The notes beneath the pieces were generated by a model, which was not told where the DNA came from, searched no databases, and worked only from the letters and a program-made list of their open reading frames with translations. A DNA stretch of 64,000 nucleotides, from assembly GCA_965242695.1 (NCBI GenBank), contig CBDESU010000001.1, positions 1,632,001 through 1,696,000 on the forward strand, in the 5' to 3' direction. Made by a program: the position numbers and the translations under genes. Below are positions 1-9,938 of the stretch, piece after piece. Source of the stretch: Cenarchaeum sp. (GTDB lineage Archaea > Thermoproteota > Nitrososphaeria > Nitrososphaerales > Nitrosopumilaceae). How positions within the stretch are numbered: position 1 is the first letter of the stretch; the number at the start of each line of letters is the position of its first letter.

Positions 1-228
1 GCGGCGGCCGGGGGAGCGCCCCCTCCCGGTCCTACCCGATGCCTCCACGCCCCCTCCTGCCGCCCTCGCATAAGAGGGCGGTGTAACGGGGCCGGCCGTT
101 GCCGCGGATACGCTCGGGGCGGTGACACGCGCGGGGCCGGCCGCGGGCCGCGCGGGGCGATATTTTTTGGCCATCGTGTTAAACCAAATTTACACCGCAG
201 GCTAGGCCCGCGCGCGCGCAGTGCAGGC

Positions 229-1431
229 ATGGCAGACGACGGGACGCTCCACGTAAGCCTCGAGGAGTTTGGGCTTAGCAGGTACGAGGCGCTCGTGTAC
301 GTGGCCCTGCTCTCCGAGGGAGAGGTCTCGGCGGCGGGGCTGTCGTACGCGTCCGGCGTGCCGCGCACAAAGGTGTACCCGACCCTGCACAAGCTGGAGA
401 AGAAGGGCCTCGTCATCGTCTCGAACGGCAGGCCGCAGGTGTGCACGCCGGTCGCCCCCGAGGACGCATTCGACGGCGTCATACAGGAGCACATCAGCCG
501 CGTCGACGCCATGAACACCCTCGTGGCCGGCCTCAAGCGCCTCAACGACGAGAGCCGGCGGCGGCGCGGGTCGCGCGAGAGGAGGTACGTCGACCTGGCC
601 GCATCGAGCACGCGCGGGCACCTCGCCAAGATGATCGGCGGGGCAAAGGAGTCGGTGCGCGCAATGGTCGGCCACGTCGGCGCATCGCTGCTCGCCGAGT
701 GCCGCGGGGCCCTCGCATCGGCCTCGCAGAGGGGCGTGGCGATCCGCATCGTAATGCCGGCCGAGCTTGTCGGCACGGCCCCGCACAGGGACCTGACCGA
801 CTGCGGCGAGGTGAGGGCAGGCGGCGCCGTCAACGGGTGCGTCATGTTCGACGGCGCGGACGCGATGTTCGTCGACGGGGCCGGAGGCAGGTCGGCCGTC
901 ATACCGGCCGACGGCGCCGTCGGGGCCGGCCAGTCCGAGCTGTTCGATCGCGTGTGGGAAGACTCGGCGAGCACGGACGGCCTTGCGGACATGACCGGCG
1001 GCGAGGTGCGCGACGTGTACGCGATGGTCGGCGCCGTCGGCAGGGGCGGAGGCGGCGTGCTCGGCGGCGTCCTCGGGGCGCGGCGCGCGGCAGGGGCGCC
1101 GGCGCGCGGCCGGGGCGGCCGCAGCGAGGCGGGCGCCGACGTGCTCGGCGCGGTCGAGAGGATATCCGGCGTCAGCCTCGCCGGCCGCGGCATGGACGAC
1201 GTCGTCGAGATGGTCGATACGGCCCTGCGCGTGGCGTGCTCGGGCCGCGTCGAGCTTGACGGCGGCTCGGGCAGCGTGTCGATCAGGTCGCCGCTCAACG
1301 GCGGCAGCTGCCTGCCGTGGGCCGCCGTGCTCGACGGCTGGCTTGCGCGCGAGGGGTACACCACCCGCACGACCCGCCGCTCGGACGCGGGCGGCGGCGA
1401 GGCCGTGTACATCAGGTTTGCAAAGGGTTAA
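229..1431 (+). CDS. TrmB family transcriptional regulator
   Basis: N-terminal wHTH (LEEFGLSRYEALVYVALL...GVPRTKVYPTLHKLEKKGLV) followed by a TrmB-type effector domain. Confidence 0.9.
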   Translation: MADDGTLHVSLEEFGLSRYEALVYVALLSEGEVSAAGLSYASGVPRTKVYPTLHKLEKKGLVIVSNGRPQVCTPVAPEDAFDGVIQEHISRVDAMNTLVAGLKRLNDESRRRRGSRERRYVDLAASSTRGHLAKMIGGAKESVRAMVGHVGASLLAECRGALASASQRGVAIRIVMPAELVGTAPHRDLTDCGEVRAGGAVNGCVMFDGADAMFVDGAGGRSAVIPADGAVGAGQSELFDRVWEDSASTDGLADMTGGEVRDVYAMVGAVGRGGGGVLGGVLGARRAAGAPARGRGGRSEAGADVLGAVERISGVSLAGRGMDDVVEMVDTALRVACSGRVELDGGSGSVSIRSPLNGGSCLPWAAVLDGWLAREGYTTRTTRRSDAGGGEAVYIRFAKG

Positions 1432-1455
1432 GGGCGGCGCATCGGCGGTCCGGCC

Positions 1456-1917
1456 GTGGGAGCAGAGGAGAGACTCGCCGAGATCGGCATCATCCTGCCC
1501 GAGCCGCCGGCCCCCGCCGGCTCGTACGTTCCGGTCGCCGTCTACGGCGGCGCGGCGTACGTGTCAGGGCAGATACCGGTCGGCGCCGACGGCAGGCTAG
1601 AGTACGTCGGCAGGGTCAGCGCGCAGAACGCCGACGAGGCCGCCGATGCGGCCCGCCTGTGCGCCGTCAACGTTCTGGCCCAGCTAAAGGCCGAGCTCGG
1701 CTCGCTCGACAGGGTCGCGCGCATCGTCAGGGTCGCAGGATTCGTAAACTCCAAGCCCGGCTTCTATGGCCACCCGGCCGTCGTCAACGAGGCGTCCGAC
1801 GTGTTCTTTCGGGCGTTTGGAGAGGACGGACGGCACTCGCGCATTGCGGTCGGTGCATCGGGCCTGCCGCTCGGCGCCATGGTCGAGATAGAGGCCGTCG
1901 CGGGAATACGCCCGTGA
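1456..1917 (+). CDS. RidA/YjgF family protein
   Basis: YVSGQIP, VNEASD and GRHSRIAVGASGLPLGAMVEIE motifs. Confidence 0.92.
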   Translation: MGAEERLAEIGIILPEPPAPAGSYVPVAVYGGAAYVSGQIPVGADGRLEYVGRVSAQNADEAADAARLCAVNVLAQLKAELGSLDRVARIVRVAGFVNSKPGFYGHPAVVNEASDVFFRAFGEDGRHSRIAVGASGLPLGAMVEIEAVAGIRP

Positions 1918-1935
1918 CCTGCGGGGGCGGCGCCC

Positions 1936-2967
1936 TCACAGCGCCTTGTTCAGCGCCCTGATGAACGACCGTATCGACTTTTTCGGTATGGATGCGCCGC
2001 ACGCCTTGTCGTGGCCGCCGCCCGATCCGCCCGCCTCCAGGGCGAGCTTGTTGACGAGGCGGCCGAGGTGCGTGCGGCACCTGCGCGAGCCGCGTATGGA
2101 CACGGCGCAGTCGTCGGCGTCCTTGCGCTCGCGGTACGCAAGCCCGACCTCGCGCCCGGACAGCCCAAGGACAAAGTTGACGACGCCGCCGGGCGAGACG
2201 TCCGTCGCCTCCATGTAGCCGAGCGAGCTCATCCGCCGCATGTCGTGGCGGACGCGCGTGACCGTCTCGGCGAGCCTCTCCATCTGCGTCTGTGCAAACG
2301 CAAACGACCCGTCCAGCTCGAACGGGTACTTTGAGTCGGCCAGCTTTGCGACCATGTCCTCCAGGTAGTCGGCGTCCTTTTGGTGGCCCGTAATGCAGTA
2401 CGTCAGCACGGTCGCGTTGATCAGGACGAACTGGCGGTCGTACATCTCGAGCAGGTGCAGGCCGGCCGGCCTGTCGTCCATGTAGTCCGTGACGGCAGCG
2501 CAGGCGGCCACGAACGCTGCGTGGTCCGGCAGGCGGCGCCTGAACGCGGCGTGCACCTGGACCGTCGTGCACTCGTTGACGTCGTGGATGAGCTTTGCGC
2601 CGCACTTTGCGATGCGCGCGGCGATGCGCGGGTTGATGTCGTGGTGGTCGATGTACGTGACGGCCACGCGCCGCCTGCGCAGCGACTCTACGATCTCGGC
2701 AAACTCTGCCTCGTGGCGCTTGTTGAGGCCCAGGTCGCAGATGTACAGCGCCTTGAGCGACGCATCGGCCGCAAGGCCGCGCAGCGCATCCATCTGCTCG
2801 GTGTAGTCGACAAGGACAGACTCGCCGCCGAACGCGGCGCGGACGAGAGCGGCCGAGCTGATTCCGTCGGCGTCCTCCCTGTGCGACATGCATACGATGC
2901 GCGTCTTTGCCGGCGCCCTTGCCCTCTTGCCAGCAGATGCCACGGCGGCGATCGACCGCGGCCTCAT
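1936..2967 (-). CDS. DHH/DHHA1 family phosphoesterase (RecJ-like)
   Basis: SHREDADG, ICDL, IDHH and C-terminal GGGHDKACGA motifs. Confidence 0.9.
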   Translation of the reverse strand: MRPRSIAAVASAGKRARAPAKTRIVCMSHREDADGISSAALVRAAFGGESVLVDYTEQMDALRGLAADASLKALYICDLGLNKRHEAEFAEIVESLRRRRVAVTYIDHHDINPRIAARIAKCGAKLIHDVNECTTVQVHAAFRRRLPDHAAFVAACAAVTDYMDDRPAGLHLLEMYDRQFVLINATVLTYCITGHQKDADYLEDMVAKLADSKYPFELDGSFAFAQTQMERLAETVTRVRHDMRRMSSLGYMEATDVSPGGVVNFVLGLSGREVGLAYRERKDADDCAVSIRGSRRCRTHLGRLVNKLALEAGGSGGGHDKACGASIPKKSIRSFIRALNKAL

Positions 2968-3236
2968 TTAAACCAAAATTTGCGGCGCGCGGGGCGAGGG
3001 GGGGACGGTGCGGCCCCGGACGGAGGGGGGGGACAAGGCCGCAGGGTCGCGCCGGATCCCCGCGCCGGATCCCTGCGCCGCCTGAGCGGGGGCGGGGAGA
3101 TCGTGCGCGGGCCGGCCCTCGGCTTTTCCGGATGCGCCGCCCGGCGGCGGCGCCGCCGCATGCCCTGTGCGCGGCGGCGCGGGGCGCATGCGGAGTCGCG
3201 GCGGATGGGGGAGGGCTCAGGCGGCGCGCATCCGGA

Positions 3237-3334
3237 CAGTCGGCCGCAGCGCACGCATGCATTATGCTCGCCTGCCGCCTGCGGCCCGCCAGTCCCTCCC
3301 CCCCCCCCCGCAGTCGGCCGCAGCGCACGCATGC
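3237..3334. repeat. Two-copy 24-bp intergenic direct repeat (CAGTCGGCCGCAGCGCACGCATGC)
   Basis: Identical copies at 3237-3260 and 3311-3334. Confidence 0.85.
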
Positions 3335-3525
3335 GCGGTGACCGCCCTCCCGCAATGGCCGCATCGGCAGCTCGCGGCCGGCTTGCCGATCGTCCTGCCC
3401 TCAGGCAGATGCCGTTTGCACGGGCGGCCGCGCCTGCAGGCGCCGCGCTTGCCGCCGCCCGGCGCGTTTGCGCCGTACAGGATGGCCATGGCGGTAGAAT
3501 ACTAGACGTCATAATACGGGGCCTT

Positions 3526-3549
3526 ACTAGATAATCTAGGGTTTAAATA
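3526..3549 (+). promoter_or_regulatory. TATA box (TTTAAATA) with an adjacent palindrome CTAGAT-A-ATCTAG
   Basis: AT-rich box about 22 nt upstream of ATG 3571, with a perfect inverted repeat just upstream of it. Confidence 0.55.
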
Positions 3550-3570
3550 GCCACATATGACCGCCTGTCC

Positions 3571-4209
3571 ATGGAAAGGAACAGCAACGGAAGCCAACAA
3601 GCGCGAGCCAAAGGGCGCGTACTGCGCGTCGGCGGCGGCGTGCGCAGGCACACCATACGAAGGCAGCTATACATATACCTGTCCCTGATCGGCACTGGCG
3701 CCTATTTCGTAGCGGAGAGCGGGCTTGAGAAGCTGCACCTGATCAGCGAGGGCGCAGCTTTTATAATGGTCGGCATCGTGGGCCTAATCATGTCCACTAC
3801 CACGACGGACATAGGGCAGAGCCTCATGCTCGCCGTCCGCGAGGAGGGCAAGACGACGCGCGCGGTGAACAGGAAGCTTGTCAAGCACATGGTCAAAGTC
3901 CTCGACAACACCGTCCGCGAGGAGGGCAGGCAGACGCGCGCGGCGATCGAAGAGATCGGCAGGCAGGCTGAGGAGCGCGACGCACGCATGGAGAAGCGGC
4001 TGGATCGGATGTCTTCCGCAGTCGAAGCCGTGTCGAACGACATCAAGGCCGTGTCGAACGACATCAAGGCCGTGTCGAACGACATCAAGGCCGTGTCGAA
4101 CGACATCAAGGCCGTGTCGAACGACATCAAGGCCGTGTCAGACGACAACCGCGAGTTCTTCAGGCAGATGCTCGAGTCTCAGAACCGCATCCTTGAGAAG
4201 GTGTCCTAG
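3571..4209 (+). CDS. Membrane-anchored coiled-coil protein with heptad repeat, copy 1
   Basis: Two hydrophobic segments, then (AVSNDIK)x5; upstream TATA box. Confidence 0.8.
   Translation: MERNSNGSQQARAKGRVLRVGGGVRRHTIRRQLYIYLSLIGTGAYFVAESGLEKLHLISEGAAFIMVGIVGLIMSTTTTDIGQSLMLAVREEGKTTRAVNRKLVKHMVKVLDNTVREEGRQTRAAIEEIGRQAEERDARMEKRLDRMSSAVEAVSNDIKAVSNDIKAVSNDIKAVSNDIKAVSNDIKAVSDDNREFFRQMLESQNRILEKVS
4027..4146 (+). repeat. 21-bp in-frame tandem repeat (AVSNDIK), 5 full copies plus a partial copy
   Basis: GCCGTGTCGAACGACATCAAG repeated. Confidence 0.95.
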
Positions 4210-4280
4210 GCGGGGGCATCTCCCCCTCCCCCTTTTTTGCAAGTCTGGCGCCCGGCGCCCGTGCACGGGGCCTGGTAAAA

Positions 4281-4820
4281 GTGCGAGGCGAGGCGTGGGG
4301 GGCACACCATGCAAGGCAGCTATGCACATGCCTGTCCCTGATCGGCACTGGCGCCTATTTCGTAGCGGAGAGCGGGCTTGAGAAGCTGCACCTGATCAGC
4401 GAGGGCGTCGCCTTGATATTGGTCGGCATTGTGGGCCTAATCATGTCCACTACCACGACGGACATAGGGCAGAGCCTCATGCTCGCCGTCCGCGAGGAGG
4501 GCAAGACGACGCGCGCGGTGAACAGGAAGCTTGTCAAGCACATGGTCAAAGTCCTCGACAACACCGTCCGCGAGGAGGGCAGGCAGACGCGCGCGGCGAT
4601 CGAGGAGATCGGCAGGCAGGCGGAGGAGCGCGACGCACGCATGGAGAAGCGGCTGGATCGGATGGCTTCCGCCGTCGAAGCCGTGTCGAACGACATCAAG
4701 GCCGTGTCGAACGACATCAAGGCCGTGTCGAACGACATCAAGGCCGTGTCGAACGACAACCGCGAGTTCTTCAGGCAGATGCTCGAGGCTCAGAACCGCA
4801 TCCTTGAGAAGGTGTCCTAG
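4281..4820 (+). CDS. Tandem duplicate of the preceding gene; 5' end diverged, possibly a pseudogene
   Basis: Near-identical to 3571-4209 from LSLIGTG onward; (AVSNDIK)x3; lacks the copy-1 promoter and ATG. Confidence 0.6.
   Translation: MRGEAWGAHHARQLCTCLSLIGTGAYFVAESGLEKLHLISEGVALILVGIVGLIMSTTTTDIGQSLMLAVREEGKTTRAVNRKLVKHMVKVLDNTVREEGRQTRAAIEEIGRQAEERDARMEKRLDRMASAVEAVSNDIKAVSNDIKAVSNDIKAVSNDNREFFRQMLEAQNRILEKVS
4680..4757 (+). repeat. 21-bp in-frame tandem repeat, 3 full copies plus a partial copy
   Basis: Same unit as 4027-4146. Confidence 0.95.
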
Positions 4821-5469
4821 GCTGGGACCGCCCCTCTTTTTGCAAGTTGGTAGCACGGCATCCGTGCACGGGTCTGGAAAAAATGACGGCAGGAACCAAG
4901 GCGCCAGAGTCCTAGCGGCCCAGGGGCGATCCAAGCGTCGGGCAGTTTTTTGCAGACTTTTTCGGAGCGGTACGGCGCCGGGCAGGATGCCGTGGGCAGT
5001 AGCGGCGAGTTGCATCTCAACTGTGCGGCAAGGCAGGCCTAGGCGCCAGCGGGTCGCGGTCCGCGCCGGCCGAATCGTGCAGGAGTGCATGCGGCGCCCG
5101 ATCGGCCGAACAGCGGCCGCAGGCGGCGCGAGTCCTGCGCGCGGCGCGGCCGGCTTGCGCTGGCATGCCATGGCGGGCCGTCATGCACCCGCGCCGGGGC
5201 GGCAGCCGGATCGCATGCGGCACGACGGGGGCATTCCACAGCCCGTCCCGCAGCGTCCCGCCCCGTGCATGGATCCGGCGCGCGCGGAGGGCACAGAGCC
5301 GTGCGCGCGGCGCATGCCCAGATACGGCGGTCTTTGCGGGACTCCCCCGCCGGCGCAGGCCGCGCAGGCCGCCAGTGGCCAGGCGGGGAGCGGCGGGGAG
5401 CGACACGGGGCAGAGTGCGGGGCAATGCTTCAGCTGCGCCGAATGCAGGCAGTGCTGCGCGCATCTTCG

Positions 5470-5802
5470 CTAGGATGCGGCGGCGCCGGCGCGCGGGCCC
5501 TGGTCCCCGCCGCCCCGTCCTCCGCCTGCCGCCGTAGCGGCAGCCGCGGCCGCCCGCCCGCGGCGCAGGCCGCGGGCAGGCCGCCGCCCCCTGAGGGGCC
5601 CTCCGGGGGCAGATCCCGCGGGCGCCGCCGGGATGCCCCCCCTGCGGCCGTTCCCCGCGCTGTTCAGGTACGCGTCGTAGAACGACATCCCGGACGCGCG
5701 TGCGCGCGCGTCGATGTCCTGCAGGCGCCTCAGCTCGGACGGCGAGGCGGCCAGCACGAGCTCGTCGACCTGCCGCTCAAAGCTGCGCTGCGCGTCGGCC
5801 AT
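5470..5802 (-). CDS. Small hypothetical protein (paralog of 7348-7572) with low-complexity tail
   Basis: FERQVDELV...ELRRLQDIDARARASGMSFYD resembles the core of 7348-7572. Confidence 0.6.
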   Translation of the reverse strand: MADAQRSFERQVDELVLAASPSELRRLQDIDARARASGMSFYDAYLNSAGNGRRGGIPAAPAGSAPGGPLRGRRPARGLRRGRAAAAAATAAGGGRGGGDQGPRAGAAAS

Positions 5803-5904
5803 GCCGCATGTCGCCGCGGCGGCCAATACGCGGCAGCTCAACTAGTTTTGACAAGCCGGTAAAGATAGTTTGGGCAGCGGCCGAAGCAGACCGCCCCGCA
5901 GGGC

Positions 5905-6045
5905 GCGCATGCGGCCGGCCTCGCCCGGCGCGGCGGCGGGGCCCGCGCCGCGGCGCATGCGGCCGGCCTCGGCGGCGGCGCAACGGCGGGCCCCGCGCCG
6001 CGGCGCATGCGGCCGGCCTCGCCCGGCGCGGCGGCGGGGCCCGCG
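5905..6045. repeat. Three-copy 48-50-bp GC-rich tandem repeat upstream of citrate synthase
   Basis: GCGCATGCGGCCGGCCTCG at 5905, 5953 and 6003. Confidence 0.8.
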
Positions 6046-6102
6046 GGGCCCCGCCGGGCACCCCGTCCTAGGTTTAATAGGCATGCGCGGGGCCAAGGCG
6101 GC

Positions 6103-7266
6103 GTGGATACAAAGAACATCGGGCTGAGGGGCATACCGGTGGCCGACACGAGGATATCGAACATCGACGGTGCCAACGGCCGCCTCATATACCGCGGGTA
6201 CGACATTGCCGACCTCGTTGAAAAGTCCAACTTTGAGGAGGTCGCGTACCTCCTGCTCCACGACGATCTGCCGACAAGGGAGCAGCTGTCCGAGTTCAAG
6301 TCGAGGCTTACCGACGCGAGGCAGATACCAAAGCAGATGCAGATCAACATGGGCAACTGGCGCAAGGACGCCGACCCCATGGACATGCTACAGGCGTTCA
6401 CGGCCGCCCTGGCCGGCTACTACGACGAGGAGTTCTCGAGCAAGGCGGCAAGCTACGACAGGGCGTCGAACCTGCTCGGCAAGGTGCCGACGATAGTGGC
6501 AAGCTGGCAGCGCATCCGCAACAACCTTCCCCTCGTCGACCCCGACCCGTCGCTGGGCCACGCGGCCAACTTCCTGCATATGATGTCCGGCGAGAGGCCC
6601 GACCCAGAGGTTGAAAAGATATTCGACGTGTGCCTCATACTGCACGCCGACCACACGTTCAACGCCTCGACGTTCACCGCAAGGCAGGTCGCCTCGACGA
6701 GGGCCCACATGTACTCGGCGGCCAGCGCGGCGATCGGCTCGCTCAGCGGCGAGCTGCACGGCGGCGCAAACTACGAGGTCATGAGGATGCTGCTCGACAT
6801 CGGCTCCGAGGACAGCGTCGACGGGTGGGTCAGGTCCCGCATGGACGCCGGCGAGCGCATAATGGGGATGGGCCACGCCGTGTACAGGACGTACGATCCC
6901 AGGGCGCGCGTCCTCAAGGAGATGTCGCGCAAGATGGGCGCCAAGACGGGCGAGCCGTGGTTCCGCATAACGGAGAGGGTCGAGGAGGCCACAAAGCGCG
7001 AGATGTCCGAGCGCAAGGGCATCGACATCTACCCGAACGTAGACCTGTACAGCGCGTCGCTGTACTACATGCTAAAGATACCGATGGACCTGAACACGCC
7101 GATATTCGCCATATCGAGGGTGGCCGGGTGGGCCGCCCACGTGATCGAGGAAAAGTTCGCCGAGGCGGCCCCAAAGCCGGCCCTGTACAGGCCGAGGGCC
7201 GTGTACGTCGGCAAGGACTGCGGCCCAGGCGGCTGCGAGTACAAGCCCATAGACCTGCGCGGCTAG
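6103..7266 (+). CDS. gltA: Citrate synthase (type I / citrate-2-methylcitrate synthase family)
   Basis: GRLIYRGY, HADHTFNAST, LHGGAN, GMGHAVY, YPNVD; GTG start placed downstream of TATA (TTTAATA). Confidence 0.95.
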   Translation: MDTKNIGLRGIPVADTRISNIDGANGRLIYRGYDIADLVEKSNFEEVAYLLLHDDLPTREQLSEFKSRLTDARQIPKQMQINMGNWRKDADPMDMLQAFTAALAGYYDEEFSSKAASYDRASNLLGKVPTIVASWQRIRNNLPLVDPDPSLGHAANFLHMMSGERPDPEVEKIFDVCLILHADHTFNASTFTARQVASTRAHMYSAASAAIGSLSGELHGGANYEVMRMLLDIGSEDSVDGWVRSRMDAGERIMGMGHAVYRTYDPRARVLKEMSRKMGAKTGEPWFRITERVEEATKREMSERKGIDIYPNVDLYSASLYYMLKIPMDLNTPIFAISRVAGWAAHVIEEKFAEAAPKPALYRPRAVYVGKDCGPGGCEYKPIDLRG

Positions 7267-7347
7267 CGCCGCCGCGGGGCGGCGGCCGGCGCTGCGCGTC
7301 CGCCATCCGCAGGCGCGCATCCCGCCGCCGCGCGCGGGGCGGCGCGG

Positions 7348-7572
7348 TCAGTTGCGCGCGTTCATCCACCGGCCGGCGCGCACGCACGTGTCGCGCCTGT
7401 ACAGCGCCTCGAAGACCATGTCGTAGAACGTGATGCCGCGCCGGCGCGCCTCCGAGTCGAGCCATCGGAGGGCCGATGCGAGCTCGGGATCGTCCGACGA
7501 GGACTCTACGAGACCGTCGACGACATCCTCGAACACGACGGGCACCTCGCCGCATGCGGACGCTCTCCCCAT
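7348..7572 (-). CDS. Small conserved hypothetical protein
   Basis: 74 aa with coding-like composition; DPELASALRWLDSEARRRGITFYDMVF. Confidence 0.7.
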   Translation of the reverse strand: MGRASACGEVPVVFEDVVDGLVESSSDDPELASALRWLDSEARRRGITFYDMVFEALYRRDTCVRAGRWMNARN

Positions 7573-7687
7573 GCCGCAGGTGCGCGGCGCGGGGGCTTAG
7601 CGCCGGGGTCGAACTTTGTAGACCCGGTGGTGAAGCAATCTAGACGGGCCGGCGCCTAGAGGGGGCGGCAACGGTCAAATCCCCGCC

Positions 7688-8731
7688 GTGCGCGGGGGCG
7701 GCGTGGCGTTCCTAGAGGTCGACGGCCTGTCGGCAGAGTACGCAGGGGCCGGCGGCGCGCCGCCGGTGAGGGCCCTCGAGGGCGCCTCGCTGCGCGCCGA
7801 GAGGGGCGAGTGCATCGGCGTGGCCGGCGCTAGCGCGTGCGGCAAGAGCACGCTGGGCCTGGCCATCATGCGCTCGCTGCGCGGCGGGGCCGTAACGGCC
7901 GGCTCTGCCACGCTCGGCGGCGACTCCGTGCTCGGGCCGTCGGATGCCGAGTTTGATGCCGCGTGGCGGTGGAAGCGCATATCGATGATCTTCCAGGGCG
8001 CGATGAGCTCGCTGGATCCCGTCTTTACCGTGCGCGAGCAGCTCGCCGAGGCGCTTGCGGTGCACGGGGCAGGCGGCGGCGGCGCGGACGGGGCGATCGA
8101 GAGGGCCGTCGAGTCTGTCGGCCTCGACGCGGGCGTCCTGCCAAAGTACCCGCACGAGCTGAGCGGCGGGATGAAGCAGCGCGTCGTGATCGCGCTCGCT
8201 CTGATCCTCAGGCCGGACCTGGTCATCGCCGACGAGCCGACGACCGCCCTTGACGTGCTAGTCCAGGCGCAGATCATACGGCTGCTCAGGCGCCTAAAGT
8301 CCGACGAGGGGACCACGCTCATGGTCATTACGCACGACCTTGCCGTCCTCTCCGAGCTTGCCGACCGGATCGCGATCATGTACGCCGGCCAGATCGTCGA
8401 GTTCGGGCCGGCAGACCGCGTATACAAGGGCCCGCTGCACCCGTACACGCAGGGGCTGCTCTCGTCGATACCGACCCTGCGGGGGCCGCGGCCGGGGCAC
8501 ATCGCCGGATCCCCGCCCGGCCTCTCGCCGCCGCCCGAGGGATGCAGGTTTGCCGCCCTGTGCCCGCGCGCGTTCGAGAGGTGCTCTGACGACCCGCCCG
8601 AGTTTCCGGCGCGCGGCGGGTACGTAAAGTGCTGGCTGTACGAGGGCGGCGCGGCCGAGGGGGGCGCTGGGGCGGCCGAGGGGGGCGCTGGGGCGGCCGA
8701 GCAGGGCGATCCAGCGCAGGGAGCCGGCTAG
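7688..8731 (+). CDS. Oligopeptide/dipeptide ABC transporter ATP-binding protein (OppD/DppD-like)
   Basis: Walker A GASACGKST, YPHELSGGMKQR, ADEPTTALD, HPYT and C-terminal Cys cluster. Confidence 0.93.
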   Translation: MRGGGVAFLEVDGLSAEYAGAGGAPPVRALEGASLRAERGECIGVAGASACGKSTLGLAIMRSLRGGAVTAGSATLGGDSVLGPSDAEFDAAWRWKRISMIFQGAMSSLDPVFTVREQLAEALAVHGAGGGGADGAIERAVESVGLDAGVLPKYPHELSGGMKQRVVIALALILRPDLVIADEPTTALDVLVQAQIIRLLRRLKSDEGTTLMVITHDLAVLSELADRIAIMYAGQIVEFGPADRVYKGPLHPYTQGLLSSIPTLRGPRPGHIAGSPPGLSPPPEGCRFAALCPRAFERCSDDPPEFPARGGYVKCWLYEGGAAEGGAGAAEGGAGAAEQGDPAQGAG

Positions 8732-9105
8732 GAGTGCGCCCTTACGATCGGAAGGCACGAGTCGATGATCCGCAGCACCTCGCTGCGCACCACCTTGCGG
8801 TCGATCGATATCCAGGCCGTCAGGCGGCCGATCGTGAACGAGATCGTCTGCACGCGCGTACGCTCCTCCCAGGCGAACTTGACCGTGCCGAGGCTCTTGT
8901 CAAAGTGCGACTCGAGCTCGTTCCTGATGGCAATGTTCGAGAACTGGTGGCGCGTGCTCTTCGTGTCCAGCAGCGCCTTGAGCCCCTCGCGCCGGTAGTG
9001 GGAGAGCACCTCGCCGTTCGGCCCAATGACCGCGACAAAGCGTATGAAGGGGCTGATCGCGGCGATCGCATCGGTGATCTCGCGGTGCTTTTTTGCGGCT
9101 ACCAA
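8728..9105 (-). CDS. Thaumarchaeal DUF6659-like (roadblock/sensor-like) protein
   Basis: IRFVAVIGPNGE...FDKSLGTVKF...RTRV pattern; paralogous to 13511-13918. Confidence 0.7.
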   Translation of the reverse strand: MVAAKKHREITDAIAAISPFIRFVAVIGPNGEVLSHYRREGLKALLDTKSTRHQFSNIAIRNELESHFDKSLGTVKFAWEERTRVQTISFTIGRLTAWISIDRKVVRSEVLRIIDSCLPIVRAHS

Positions 9106-9245
9106 CGGGCCGCGCCGGATCGGGGCCGTATTTTAGGCAACCGCGCCCCGCCCTCGCCCCGCGCGGCGGCGGCGGGGGCCGGCGCCGCCGGACGGCGGCG
9201 GCTCCCCGATCTCGTTAAATACAATCCTAGCGGGCACGGCGCCGG

Positions 9246-9938
9246 TTGGACGTTGCCGATCTCTTCCCGTTCGACCCGGGTGGTGGGTACCTGCTGCTCT
9301 CGCTTGTCAGCTTTTTCGGCTCGCTCATCCCGTTCGTCCCCGTCCCGTCGTTCCTGCTCCTCGCCACCATGGCCGTCGGCGACCAGTTCAACCTGCACGC
9401 GCTCGCCCTCTCGTCGGCCCTGCTGGCTGCGGGCGCCAAGCAGATCATATTCTACGCCAGCTACGGGGGCGGGCGCATCATCGGCGCAAGGTCGCGCCTC
9501 CGCATGAGGCCGTTCGAGAGGCTCGTGCGCAGGTACGGCGCGGCCGCCGCGTTCGTCGCCGCGGCCACGCCCATACCCGACGACATCGTGTACGTCCCGC
9601 TGGGCATTGCAAAGTACAACCCGCTTCGGTTCTTCGCCGCCACCCTGGCCGGCAAGGTCGTACTCCACTACATCATAGTCGTCGTGGCCCACTTTCTCGG
9701 CCTGTCGATCGTCGAGCCGTTCCTAGAGGACATCGACGATGCGACCCCCGTGTACATCGGCATTGCGATATTCGGCGCGGCCCTCACTTCGGTCGTCATC
9801 GTGCTGCTGCGGCTCGACTGGGCAAGGGTGCTCGGCAGGGTCGCGCCGTGGACGCTCGACGACGGGGAGGAGGGCCGATCCGGGCGGGGCCCCGGCGCGG
9901 GCGAGGGCCCGGGCGGCCCTGCGGCTAGGCGATCTTGA
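9246..9938 (+). CDS. VTT/DedA (SNARE-associated) family membrane protein
   Basis: Multiple TM helices; AATPIPDDIVYVPLG...FFAATLAGK. Confidence 0.85.
   Translation: MDVADLFPFDPGGGYLLLSLVSFFGSLIPFVPVPSFLLLATMAVGDQFNLHALALSSALLAAGAKQIIFYASYGGGRIIGARSRLRMRPFERLVRRYGAAAAFVAAATPIPDDIVYVPLGIAKYNPLRFFAATLAGKVVLHYIIVVVAHFLGLSIVEPFLEDIDDATPVYIGIAIFGAALTSVVIVLLRLDWARVLGRVAPWTLDDGEEGRSGRGPGAGEGPGGPAARRS

Noticed and set aside
59-82. Strong hairpin GCCGCCCTC-GCATAA-GAGGGCGGT near the window start; possible RNA gene fragment
   Set aside because: No SRP, RNase P, tRNA or riboswitch signature recognised; hairpins are common at this GC content and the context is truncated.
3571-4820. Diversity-generating retroelement template/variable repeat pair
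   Set aside because: Differences are not adenine-specific, the whole gene is duplicated, and there is no reverse transcriptase in the window.
7590-7690. tRNA-like sequence (GGTCAAATCCC)
   Set aside because: No cloverleaf, no canonical T-loop and no acceptor stem.
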